Source: Balanoglossus misakiensis
Taxonomy: Eukaryota; Animalia; Hemichordata
Length of the DNA: 64,000 nucleotides
Reading direction: 5' to 3'
NCBI GenBank assembly: GCA_040954595.2
Contig: CM082590.2
Coordinates: 11,487,015-11,551,014 of the forward strand
Shown piece by piece: positions 43,701 through 55,100 of this stretch; the first letter of the stretch is position 1; every line of letters starts with the position of its first letter. The position numbers were made by a program, and so were the translations under genes. Below the pieces are notes generated by a model that saw only the letters and a list, made by a program, of their open reading frames with translations, did no database searches and was not told where the DNA came from.

Positions 43701-43980
43701 TTTCACCATGCCGTTCTGCCATAGACTGATCCACAACAACGTTCCGTTTCACCGCCTCGTTCTGGCAGAGACTGATCCACAACAACCACCTGTTGCACCG
43801 TGCTGTTCTGGCTTAAAGTTATCCAGAACTACGCCCTGTTCCACCATGCCGTTCTGCCATAGACTGATCCACAACAACGTTCTGTTTCACCGCCTCGTTC
43901 TGGCAGAGACTGATCCACAACAACCACCTGTTGCACCGTGCTGTTCTGACTTAAAGTTATCCAGAACTACGCCTTGTTTC
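13788..43980. repeat. 46-bp monomer satellite (~650 monomers), mostly a 138-bp three-monomer higher-order repeat
   Basis: Three related 46-mers alternate: A agactgatccacaacaacgttccgtttcaccgcctcgttctggcag, B agactgatccacaacaaccacctgttgcaccgtgctgttctggctt, C aaagttatccagaactacgccctgtttcaccatgccgttctgccat. 92-, 184- and 229-bp variants also occur. Confidence 0.98.
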
Positions 43981-44099
43981 TCTCTTTCTTTGTTACTATT
44001 CATATATCTCAGTCAATGGGTGATGACACTGCTGCAGAATACTACTGCTTTGTGTGACAACATAGAAAAAAAAACACTAAATATTTGAACACATTACTA

Positions 44100-44105
44100 T
44101 TTATT
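44100..44105 (-). terminator. Candidate polyadenylation signal AATAAA for the minus-strand gene
   Basis: Plus-strand tttatt lies about 210 nt downstream of the TAG stop at 44315. The context is AT-rich, so a chance match is possible. Confidence 0.35.
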
Positions 44106-44314
44106 ACTAAAAGTTTTAACATTGTTACCATTAAAATACTGGAAATGTCTTTGTTGTAAATAAAGAAAAAAATAACATTAAGAAATACATTGCAGTTGTC
44201 TTTTTTTAAATTATTTTTTAAAAACTGAACAAAAGGTGAATGCATAATAAGATAATCTTTCAAAAATTTATCTAGCTGCATGTAATTCAGATATTGCAAT
44301 GTCGTGAGCTGCTT

Positions 44315-44474
44315 CTACTTAAGAATCGGCAATTTAAATCCATGGTATGTTTCTGAACTAAAGTGGTCTCTGATCTTCATAACAGCACAAGATGGCAACT
44401 CCACTCTTATATCATTGCCCAGGTAGCCCCAGCACCAACGCACCAATTGACGATAAGCTACATACCGATATGTT
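44315..44474 (-). CDS. Terminal exon of a stand-alone P2X purinoceptor 7 C-terminal (ballast)-domain / nanor-like protein
   Basis: Translates TYRYVAYRQLVRWCWGYLGNDIRVELPSCAVMKIRDHFSSETYHGFKLPILK*, matching the RxxAYR..W..G....LPSC....IR..F.....Y.GFK signature of the P2X7 cytoplasmic tail. Preceded by a polypyrimidine tract and CAG acceptor (ttttcttcttttcttatgaacag), phase 2. Confidence 0.88.
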
Positions 44475-44704
44475 CTGTTCATAAGAAAAGAAGAAAACAC
44501 ACTGTTGAATGCCACACAATCATTTTTGCTATAAGCTTATGCAGAAAAATGAAACTGAGATACATGTGGCCATCAAATCGATAATCTAATAAAAATATCA
44601 GTGACATATTTTGTGCTTTTTACAGAATTCATATTTTGTTCAAACAAGGCTTGTTGAACAGATAGTTCTACTATCCCTCTCACACATGAAAAAAGCAAAC
44701 TTAC

Positions 44705-44932
44705 TCATTTTGTGGCTCTGATCTTGATCTTTTACCGTGATATTGTTTACATTGGTGATACGCAGTTTTCAGCACCCAAACATCAAGACACACTGTAGAA
44801 AACCCTGGATGGCAGGTGATGCAACAATACTTTTCTTCCGAGTCATCCAGTATCTCTTTGATATGTGCAATCTCTTGACAGCATAAACACTCCCTTTGCG
44901 TTGGCATGACTTGGCAACTAGAGCAGTGGCAC
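44705..44932 (-). CDS. Internal Cys-rich exon (228 bp) of the same P2X7 ballast-like protein
   Basis: Translates CHCSSCQVMPTQRECLCCQEIAHIKEILDDSEEKYCCITCHPGFSTVCLDVWVLKTAY..., a CxCxxC..ECxCCxE..CIT zinc-cluster pattern. Acceptor tttttttaccggaaatag|G and donor GA|GTAAGT. Joins in frame (GA|A = Glu) across a 230-bp intron (44475-44704). The upstream exon was not identified. Confidence 0.88.
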
Positions 44933-45320
44933 CTATTTCCGGTAAAAAAAGACAATATATGAGTACAGGTAAGTACTGCAAAATGTTGCACTGAGATCGT
45001 TAAGAGTGAACAGTGCTATCCTGCCACTCAAAACCATTGCTATACACAGTGCGATCGAGAGATTTGTAATCACTGAAGTACAGTGCGTACATATATTGAC
45101 TTGTGTTTAGTGACATTTCGTAAAACAAGGTCAAAATCGTTGTCTTTTCAAAATCTTCATCGCCCACGCAGTGTCACTTACTGCAGTACAAATGATACGC
45201 AACATACGGCCGATCGTCGCGCCTATCGAGTAAATGGGAATGACTCGCCATGGGCTGGTTTGGTGAACGTGTACTCGTCGATGTCATGACCTCGTTATAG
45301 ACATGGGGAAACTTCACGAT

Positions 45321-45333
45321 CCAAAATGGCGAC
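45321..45333 (+). promoter_or_regulatory. YY1-type motif (ccAAAATGGCGac) at the edge of a CpG-rich zone
   Basis: Matches the AANATGGCG core. It sits where CpG density rises (cggccgatcgtcgcgcc at ~45207), about 80 bp before the first ACCGGAAGTG. Function is inferred from the motif only. Confidence 0.4.
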
Positions 45334-45371
45334 CCCATATTCTTTCTTTTCTTCTACACCCAAAACAAACC

Positions 45372-46140
45372 TTGACTGGCCCCCTTTGACCGCGCCGTTA
45401 CGACCGGAAGTGGAGGGCAGCCCTGACTGGCCCCCTTTGACCTGGCCGTTACGACCGGAAGTGGAGGGCAGCCCTGACTGGCCCCCATTGACCGGGCCGT
45501 CACCGCCGGAAGTGGAGGGCAACCAGACACCCCCTTCGACCGGGCCGTCACCGCCGGAAGTGGAGGGCAACCTGACACCCCCTTCGACCGGGCCGTCACC
45601 GCCGGAAGTGGAGGGCAACCTGACACCCCCTTCGACCGGGCCGTCACCGCCGGAAGTGGAGGGCAACCTGACACCCCCTTCGACCGGGCCGTCACCGCCG
45701 GAAGTGGAGGGCAACCTGACACCCCCTTCGACCGGGCCGTCACCGCCGGAAGTGGAGGGCAACCTGACACCCCCTTCGACCGGGCCGTCACCGCCGGAAG
45801 TGGAGGGCAACCTGACACCCCCTTCGACCGGGCCGTCACCGCCGGAAGTGGAGGGCAACCTGACACCCCCTTCGTCCGGGCCGTCACCGCCGGAAGTGGA
45901 GGGCAACCTGACACCCCCTTCGACCGGGCCGTCACCGCCGGAAGTGGAGGGCAACCTGACACCCCCTTCGTCCGGGCCGTCACCGCCGGAAGTGGAGGGC
46001 AACCTGACACCCCCTTCGACCGGGCCGTCACCGCCGGAAGTGGAGGCCAACCTGACACCCCCTTCGACCGGGCCGTCACCGCCGGAAGTGGAGGCCAACC
46101 AGACACCCCCTTCGACCGGGCCGTCACCGCCGGAAGTGGA
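45372..46140. repeat. 51-bp GC-rich minisatellite, ~15 copies, each with CCGGAAGTG
   Basis: Unit aacctgacacccccttcgaccgggccgtcaccgccggaagtggagggc-type with period 51, seen as 17-aa repeats in the ORF track. The first three copies are divergent. Confidence 0.96.
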
Positions 46141-49100
46141 GGCCAACCTGATACCCAACCCCTTCGGCCGCCAGGCTACGGCCGGAAGTGGAGGCCAACC
46201 TGATACCCAACCCCTTCGGCCGCCAGGCTACGGCCGGAAGTGGAGGCCAACCTGATACCCAACCCCTTCGGCCGCCAGGCTACGGCCGGAAGTGGAGGCC
46301 AACCTGATTCCCAACCCCTTCGGCCGCCAGGCTACGGCCGGAAGTGGAGGCCAACCTGATTCCCAACCCCTTCGGCCGCCAGGCTACGGCCGGAAGTGGA
46401 GGCCAACCTGATACCCAACCCCTTCGGCCGCCAGGCTACGGCCGGCAGCGGAGGCCAACCTGATACCCAACCCCTTCGACCGCCAGGCTACGGCCGGCAG
46501 CGGAGGCCAACCTGATACCCAACCCCTTCGACCGCCAGGCTACGGCCGGCAGCGGAGGCCAACCTGATACCCAACCCCTTCGACCGCCAGGCTACGGCCG
46601 GCAGCGGAGGCCAACCTGATACCCAACCCCTTCGACCGCCAGGCTACGGCCGGCAGCGGAGGCCAACCTGATACCCAACCCCTTCGACCGCCAGGCTACG
46701 GCCGGCAGCGGAGGCCAACCTGATACCCAACCCCTTCGACCGCCAGGCTACGGCCGGCAGCGGAGGCCAACCTGATACCCAACCCCTTCGACCGCCAGGC
46801 TACGGCCGGCAGCGGAGGCCAACCTGATACCCAACCCCTTCGACCGCCAGGCTACGGCCGGCAGCGGAGGCCAACCTGATACCCAACCCCTTCGACCGCC
46901 AGGCTACGGCCGGCAGCGGAGGCCAACCTGATACCCAACCCCTTCGACCGCCAGGCTACGGCCGGCAGCGGAGGCCAACCTGATACCCAACCCCTTCGAC
47001 CGCCAGGCTACGGCCGGCAGCGGAGGCCAACCTGATACCCAACCCCTTCGACCGCCAGGCTACGGCCGGCAGCGGAGGCCAACCTGATACCCAACCCCTT
47101 CGACCGCCAGGCTACGGCCGGCAGCGGAGGCCAACCTGATACCCAACCCCTTCGACCGCCAGGCTACGGCCGGCAGCGGAGGCCAACCTGATACCCAACC
47201 CCTTCGACCGCCAGGCTACGGCCGGCAGCGGAGGCCAACCTGATACCCAACCCCTTCGACCGCCAGGCTACGGCCGGCAGCGGAGGCCAACCTGATACCC
47301 AACCCCTTCGACCGCCAGGCTACGGCCGGCAGCGGAGGCCAACCTGATACCCAACCCCTTCGACCGCCAGGCTACGGCCGGCAGCGGAGGCCAACCTGAT
47401 ACCCAACCCCTTCGACCGCCAGGCTACGGCCGGCAGCGGAGGCCAACCTGATACCCAACCCCTTCGACCGCCAGGCTACGGCCGGCAGCGGAGGCCAACC
47501 TGATACCCAACCCCTTCGACCGCCAGGCTACGGCCGGCAGCGGAGGCCAACCTGATACCCAACCCCTTCGACCGCCAGGCTACGGCCGGCAGCGGAGGCC
47601 AACCTGATACCCAACCCCTTCGACCGCCAGGCTACGGCCGGCAGCGGAGGCCAACCTGATACCCAACCCCTTCGACCGCCAGGCTACGGCCGGCAGCGGA
47701 GGCCAACCTGATACCCAACCCCTTCGACCGCCAGGCTACGGCCGGCAGCGGAGGCCAACCTGATACCCAACCCCTTCGACCGCCAGGCTACGGCCGGGAG
47801 TGGAGGCCAACCTGATACCCAACCCCTTCGACCGCCAGGCTACGGCCGGCAGCGGAGGCCAACCTGATACCCAACCCCTTCGACCGCCAGGCTACGGCCG
47901 GCAGCGGAGGCCAACCTGATACCCAACCCCTTCGACCGCCAGGCTACGGCCGGCAGCGGAGGCCAACCTGATACCCAACCCCTTCGACCGCCAGGCTACG
48001 GCCGGCAGCGGAGGCCAACCTGATACCCAACCCCTTCGACCGCCAGGCTACGGCCGGCAGCGGAGGCCAACCTGATACCCAACCCCTTCGACCGCCAGGC
48101 TACGGCCGGCAGCGGAGGCCAACCTGATACCCAACCCCTTCGACCGCCAGGCTACGGCCGGCAGCGGAGGCCAACCTGATACCCAACCCCTTCGACCGCC
48201 AGGCTACGGCCGGCAGCGGAGGCCAACCTGATACCCAACCCCTTCGACCGCCAGGCTACGGCCGGCAGCGGAGGCCAACCTGATACCCAACCCCTTCGAC
48301 CGCCAGGCTACGGCCGGCAGCGGAGGCCAACCTGATACCCAACCCCTTCGACCGCCAGGCTACGGCCGGGAGCGGAGGCCAACCTGATACCCAACCCCTT
48401 CGACCGCCAGGCTACGGCCGGGAGCGGAGGCCAACCTGATACCCAACCCCTTCGACCGCCAGGCTACGGCCGGCAGCGGAGGCCAACCTGATACCCAACC
48501 CCTTCGACCGCCAGGCTACGGCCGGCAGCGGAGGCCAACCTGATACCCAACCCCTTCGACCGCCAGGCTACGGCCGGCAGCGGAGGCCAACCTGATACCC
48601 AACCCCTTCGACCGCCAGGCTACGGCCGGCAGTGGAGGCCAACCTGATACCCAACCCCTTCGACCGCCAGGCTACGGCCGGGAGTGGAGGCCAACCTGAT
48701 ACCCAACCCCTTCGACCGCCAGGCTACGGCCGGGAGTGGAGGCCAACCTGATACCCAACCCCTTCGACCGCCAGGCTACGGCCGGGAGTGGAGGCCAACC
48801 TGATACCCAACCCCTTCGACCGCCAGGCTACGGCCGGGAGTGGAGGCCAACCTGATACCCAACCCCTTCGACCGCCAGGCTACGGCCGGGAGTGGAGGCC
48901 AACCTGATACCCAACCCCTTCGGCCGCCAGGCTACGGCCGGAGTGGAGGCCAACCTGATACCCAACCCCTTCGGCCGCCAGGCTACGGCCGGAGTGGAGG
49001 CCAACCTGATACCCAACCCCTTCGGCCGCCAGGCTACGGCCGGGAGTGGAGGCCAACCTGATACCCAACCCCTTCGGCCGCCAGGCTACGGCCGGAAGTG

Positions 49101-52100
49101 GAGGCCAACCTGATACCCAACCCCTTCGGCCGCCAGGCTACGGCCGGAAGTGGAGGCCAACCTGATACCCAACCCCTTCGGCCGCCAGGCTACGGCCCAA
49201 GTGGAGGCCAACTGTACCCAACCCCTTCGGCCGCCAGGCCTACGGCCGGAAGTGGAGGCCAACCTGATACCCAACCCCTTCGGCCGCCAGGCTACGGCCG
49301 GAAGTGGAGGCCAACCTGATACCCAACCCCTTCGGCCGCCAGGCTACGGCCGGAAGTGGAGGCCAACCTGATACCCAACCCCTTCGGCCGCCAGGCTACG
49401 GCCGGAAGTGGAGGCCAACCTGATACCCAACCCCTTCGGCCGCCAGGCTACGGCCGGAAGTGGAGGCCAACCTGATACCCAACCCCTTCGGCCGCCAGGC
49501 TACGGCCGGAAGTGGAGGCCAACCTGATACCCAACCCCTTCGGCCGCCAGGCTACGGCCGGAAGTGGAGGCCAACCTGATACCCAACCCCTTCGGCCGCC
49601 AGGCTACGGCCGGAAGTGGAGGCCAACCTGATACCCAACCCCTTCGGCCGCCAGGCTACGGCCGGAAGTGGAGGCCAACCTGATTCCCAACCCCTTCGGC
49701 CGCCAGGCTACGGCCGGAAGTGGAGGCCAACCTGATTCCCAACCCCTTCGGCCGCCAGGCTACGGCCGGAAGTGGAGGCCAACCTGATTCCCAACCCCTT
49801 CGGCCGCCAGGCTACGGCCGGAAGTGGAGGCCAACCTGATTCCCAACCCCTTCGGCCGCCAGGCTACGGCCGGAAGTGGAGGCCAACCTGATTCCCAACA
49901 CCTTCGGCCGCCAGGCTACGGCCGGAAGTGGAGGCCAACCTGATTCCCAACACCTTCGGCCGCCAGGCTACGGCCGGAAGTGGAGGCCAACCTGATTCCC
50001 AACCCCTTAGGCCGCCAGGCTACGGCCGGAAGTGGAGGCCAACCTGATTCCCAACCCCTTCGGCCGCCAGGCTACGGCCGGAAGTGGAGGCCAACCTGAT
50101 TCCCAACCCCTTCGGCCGCCAGGCTACGGCCGGAAGTGGAGGCCAACCTGATACCCAACCCCTTCGGCCGCCAGGCTACGGCCGGAAGTGGAGGCCAACC
50201 TGATACCCAACCCCTTCGGCCGCCAGGCTACGGCCGGAAGTGGAGGCCAACCTGATACCCAACCCCTTCGGCCGCCAGGCTACGGCCGGAAGTGGAGGCC
50301 AACCTGATACCCAACCCCTTCGGCCGCCAGGCTACGGCCGGAAGTGGAGGCCAACCTGATACCCAACCCCTTCGACCGCCAGGCTACGGCCGGAAGTGGA
50401 GGCCAACCTGATACCCAACCCCTTCGACCGCCAGGCTACGGCCGGAAGTGGAGGCCAACCTGATACCCAACCCCTTCGACCGCCAGGCTACGGCCGGAAG
50501 TGGAGGCCAACCTGATACCCAACCCCTTCGACCGCCAGGCTACGGCCGGAAGTGGAGGCCAACCTGATACCCAACCCCTTCGACCGGGCCGTCACCGCCG
50601 GAAGTGGAGGCCAACCTGATACCCAACCCCTTCGACCGGGCCGTCACCGCCGGAAGTGGAGGGCAACCTGATACCCAACCCCTTCGACGGGGCCGTCACC
50701 GCCGGAAGTGGAGGGCAACCTGATACCCAACCCCTTCGACGGGGCCGTCACCGCCGGAAGTGGAGGGCAACCTGACACCCACCTTCGACGGGGCCGTCAC
50801 CGCCGGGAGTGGAGGGCAACCTGACACCCAACCCCTTCGACGGGGCCGTCACCGCCGGGAGTGGAGGGCAACCTGACACCCAACCCCTTCGACCGCCAGG
50901 CTACGGCCGGGAGCGGAGGGCAACCTGACACCCAACCCCTTCGACCGCCAGGCCACGGCCGGGAGCGGAGGGCAACCTGACACCCAACCCCTTCGACCGC
51001 CAGGCTACGGCCGGGAGCGGAGGGCAACCTGACACCCAACCCCTTCGACCGCCAGGCTACGGCCGGGAGCGGAGGGCAACCTGACACCCAACCCCTTCGA
51101 CCGCCAGGCTACGGCCGGGAGCGGAGGCCAACCTGACACCCAACCCCTTCGACCGCCAGGCTACGGCCGGGAGCGGAGGCCAACCTGACACCCAACCCCT
51201 TCGACCGCCAGGCTACGGCCGGCAGCGGAGGCCAACCTGACACCCAACCCCTTCGACCGCCAGGCTACGGCCGGCAGCGGAGGCCAACCTGACACCCAAC
51301 CCCTTCGACCGCCAGGCTACGGCCGGCAGCGGAGGCCAACCTGACACCCAACCCCTTCGACCGCCAGGCTACGGCCGGCAGCGGAGGCCAACCTGACACC
51401 CAACCCCTTCGACCGCCAGGCTACGGCCGGCAGCGGAGGCCAACCTGACACCCAACCCCTTCGACCGCCAGGCTACGGCCGGCAGCGGAGGCCAACCTGA
51501 CACCCAACCCCTTCGACCGCCAGGCTACGGCCGGCAGCGGAGGCCAACCTGACACCAACCCCCTTCGACCGCCAGGCTACGGCCGGCAGCGGAGGCCAAC
51601 CTGACACCCAACCCATTCGACCGCCAGGCTACGGCCGGCAGCGGAGGCCAACCTGACACCCAACCCCTTCGACCGCCAGGCTACGGCCGGCAGCGGAGGC
51701 CAACCTGACACCCAACCCCTTCGACCGCCAGGCTACGGCCGGCAGCGGAGGCCAACCTGACACCCAACCCCTTCGACCGCCAGGCTACGGCCGGCAGCGG
51801 AGGCCAACCTGACACCCAACCCCTTCGACCGCCAGGCTACGGCCGGCAGCGGAGGCCAACCTGACACCCAACCCCTTCGACCGCCAGGCTACGGCCGGCA
51901 GCGGAGGCCAACCTGACACCCAACCCCTTCGACCGCCAGGCTACGGCCGGCAGCGGAGGCCAACCTGACACCCAACCCCTTCGACCGCCAGGCTACGGCC
52001 GGCAGCGGAGGCCAACCTGACACCCAACCCCTTCGACCGCCAGGCTACGGCCGGCAGCGGAGGCCAACCTGACACCCAACCCCTTCGACCGCCAGGCTAC

Positions 52101-55100
52101 GGCCGGCAGCGGAGGCCAACCTGACACCCAACCCCTTCGACCGCCAGGCTACGGCCGGCAGCGGAGGCCAACCTGACACCCAACCCCTTCGACCGCCAGG
52201 CTACGGCCGGCAGCGGAGGCCAACCTGACACCCAACCCCTTCGACCGCCAGGCTACGGCCGGCAGCGGAGGCCAACCTGACACCCAACCCCTTCGACCGC
52301 CAGGCTACGGCCGGCAGCGGAGGCCAACCTGACACCCAACCCCTTCGACCGCCAGGCTACGGCCGGCAGCGGAGGCCAACCTGACACCCAACCCCTTCGA
52401 CCGCCAGGCTACGGCCGGCAGCGGAGGCCAACCTGACACCCAACCCCTTCGACCGCCAGGCTACGGCCGGCAGCGGAGGCCAACCTGACACCCAACCCCT
52501 TCGACCGCCAGGCTACGGCCGGCAGCGGAGGCCAACCTGACACCCAACCCCTTCGACCGCCAGGCTACGGCCGGCAGCGGAGGCCAACCTGACACCCAAC
52601 CCCTTCGACCGCCAGGCTACGGCCGGCAGCGGAGGCCAACCTGACACCCAACCCCTTCGACCGCCAGGCTACGGCCGGCAGCGGAGGCCAACCTGATACC
52701 CAACCCCTTCGACCGCCAGGCTACGGCCGGCAGCGGAGGCCAACCTGATACCCAACCCCTTCGACCGCCAGGCTACGGCCGGCAGCGGAGGCCAACCTGA
52801 TACCCAACCCCTTCGACCGCCAGGCTACGGCCGGCAGCGGAGGCCAACCTGATACCCAACCCCTTCGACCGCCAGGCTACGGCCGGCAGCGGAGGCCAAC
52901 CTGATACCCAACCCCTTCGACCGCCAGGCTACGGCCGGCAGCGGAGGCCAACCTGATACCCAACCCCTTCGACCGCCAGGCTACGGCCGGCAGCGGAGGC
53001 CAACCTGATACCCAACCCCTTCGACCGCCAGGCTACGGCCGGCAGCGGAGGCCAACCTGATACCCAACCCCTTCGACCGCCAGGCTACGGCCGGCAGCGG
53101 AGGCCAACCTGATACCCAACCCCTTCGACCGCCAGGCTACGGCCGGCAGCGGAGGCCAACCTGATACCCAACCCCTTCGACCGCCAGGCTACGGCCGGCA
53201 GCGGAGGCCAACCTGATACCCAACCCCTTCGACCGCCAGGCTACGGCCGGCAGCGGAGGCCAACCTGATACCCAACCCCTTCGACCGCCAGGCTACGGCC
53301 GGGAGTGGAGGCCAACCTGATACCCAACCCCTTCGACCGCCAGGCTACGGCCGGGAGTGGAGGCCAACCTGATACCCAACCCCTTCGACCGCCAGGCTAC
53401 GGCCGGGAGTGGAGGCCAACCTGATACCCAACCCCTTCGACCGCCAGGCTACGGCCGGGAGTGGAGGCCAACCTGATACCCAACCCCTTCGACCGCCAGG
53501 CTACGGCCGGGAGTGGAGGCCAACCTGATACCCAACCCCTTCGACCGCCAGGCTACGGCCGGGAGTGGAGGCCAACCTGATACCCAACCCCTTCGACCGC
53601 CAGGCTACGGCCGGGAGTGGAGGCCAACCTGATACCCAACCCCTTCGACCGCCAGGCTACGGCCGGGAGTGGAGGCCAACCTGATACCCAACCCCTTCGA
53701 CCGCCAGGCTACGGCCGGGAGTGGAGGCCAACCTGATTCCCAACCCCTTCGACCGCCAGGCTACGGCCGGGAGTGGAGGCCAACCTGATTCCCAACCCCT
53801 TCGACCGCCAGGCTACGGCCGGGAGTGGAGGCCAACCTGATACCCAACCCCTTCGACCGCCAGGCTACGGCCGGGAGTGGAGGCCAACCTGATACCCAAC
53901 CCCTTCGACCGCCAGGCTACGGCCGGGAGTGGAGGCCAACCTGATACCCAACCCCTTCGACCGCCAGGCTACGGCCGGGAGTGGAGGCCAACCTGATACC
54001 CAACCCCTTCGACCGCCAGGCTACGGCCGGGAGTGGAGGCCAACCTGATACCCAACCCCTTCGACCGCCAGGCTACGGCCGGGAGTGGAGGCCAACCTGA
54101 TACCCAACCCCTTCGACCGCCAGGCTACGGCCGGGAGTGGAGGCCAACCTGATACCCAACCCCTTCGACCGCCAGGCTACGGCCGGGAGTGGAGGCCAAC
54201 CTGATACCCAACCCCTACGACCGCCAGGCTACGGCCGGGAGTGGAGGCCAACCTGATACCCAACCCCTTCGACCGCCAGGCTACGGCCGGGAGTGGAGGC
54301 CAACCTGATACCCAACCCCTTCGACCGCCAGGCTACGGCCGGGAGTGGAGGCCAACCTGATACCCAACCCCTTCGACCGCCAGGCTACGGCCGGGAGTGG
54401 AGGCCAACCTGATACCCAACCCCTTCGACCGCCAGGCTACGGCCGGGAGTGGAGGCCAACCTGATACCCAACCCCTTCGACCGCCAGGCTACGGCCGGGA
54501 GTGGAGGCCAACCTGATACCCAACCCCTTCGACCGCCAGGCTACGGCCGGGAGTGGAGGCCAACCTGATACCCAACCCCTTCGACCGCCAGGCTACGGCC
54601 GGGAGTGGAGGCCAACCTGATACCCAACCCCTTCGACCGCCAGGCTACGGCCGGGAGTGGAGGCCAACCTGATACCCAACCCCTTCGACCGCCAGGCTAC
54701 GGCCGGGAGTGGAGGCCAACCTGATACCCAACCCCTTCGACCGCCAGGCTACGGCCGGGAGTGGAGGCCAACCTGATACCCAACCCCTTCGACCGCCAGG
54801 CTACGGCCGGGAGTGGAGGCCAACCTGATACCCAACCCCTTCGACCGCCAGGCTACGGCCGGGAGTGGAGGCCAACCTGATACCCAACCCCTTCGACCGC
54901 CAGGCTACGGCCGGGAGTGGAGGCCAACCTGATACCCAACCCTTCGACCGCCAGGCTACGGCCGGGAGTGGAGGCCAACCTGATACCCAACCCCTTCGAC
55001 CGCCAGGCTACGGCCGGGAGTGGAGGCCAACCTGATACCCAACCCCTTCGACCGCCAGGCTACGGCCGGGAGTGGAGGCCAACCTGATACCCAACCCCTT

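Noticed and set aside
13788-43980. tRNA- or SINE-derived origin of the 46-bp monomer (GTTC motifs)
   Set aside because: No proper A box/B box pair (GTTCRANNC) or cloverleaf is evident.
13742-44088. Long plus-strand ORFs (up to 957 aa) with 46-aa repeats
   Set aside because: The 138-bp unit is divisible by 3 and one frame lacks stops. Frames break whenever a monomer is gained or lost, so there is no sign of coding constraint.
44315-44991. Full P2RX7 ion-channel gene, or the two ORFs as separate single-exon genes
   Set aside because: No transmembrane or ectodomain exons are present. The ORF-track N-termini are intronic sequence upstream of the splice acceptors.
43981-45370. Complete Kolobok transposon around the ballast-domain gene
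   Set aside because: No transposase, and I could not identify terminal inverted repeats or paired TTAA target duplications by eye.
48828-49371. Cluster of small ORFs and aberrant monomers (cggcccaagtggaggccaactgtaccc)
   Set aside because: Caused by a few single-base indels concentrated in one stretch, most likely low-quality consensus.
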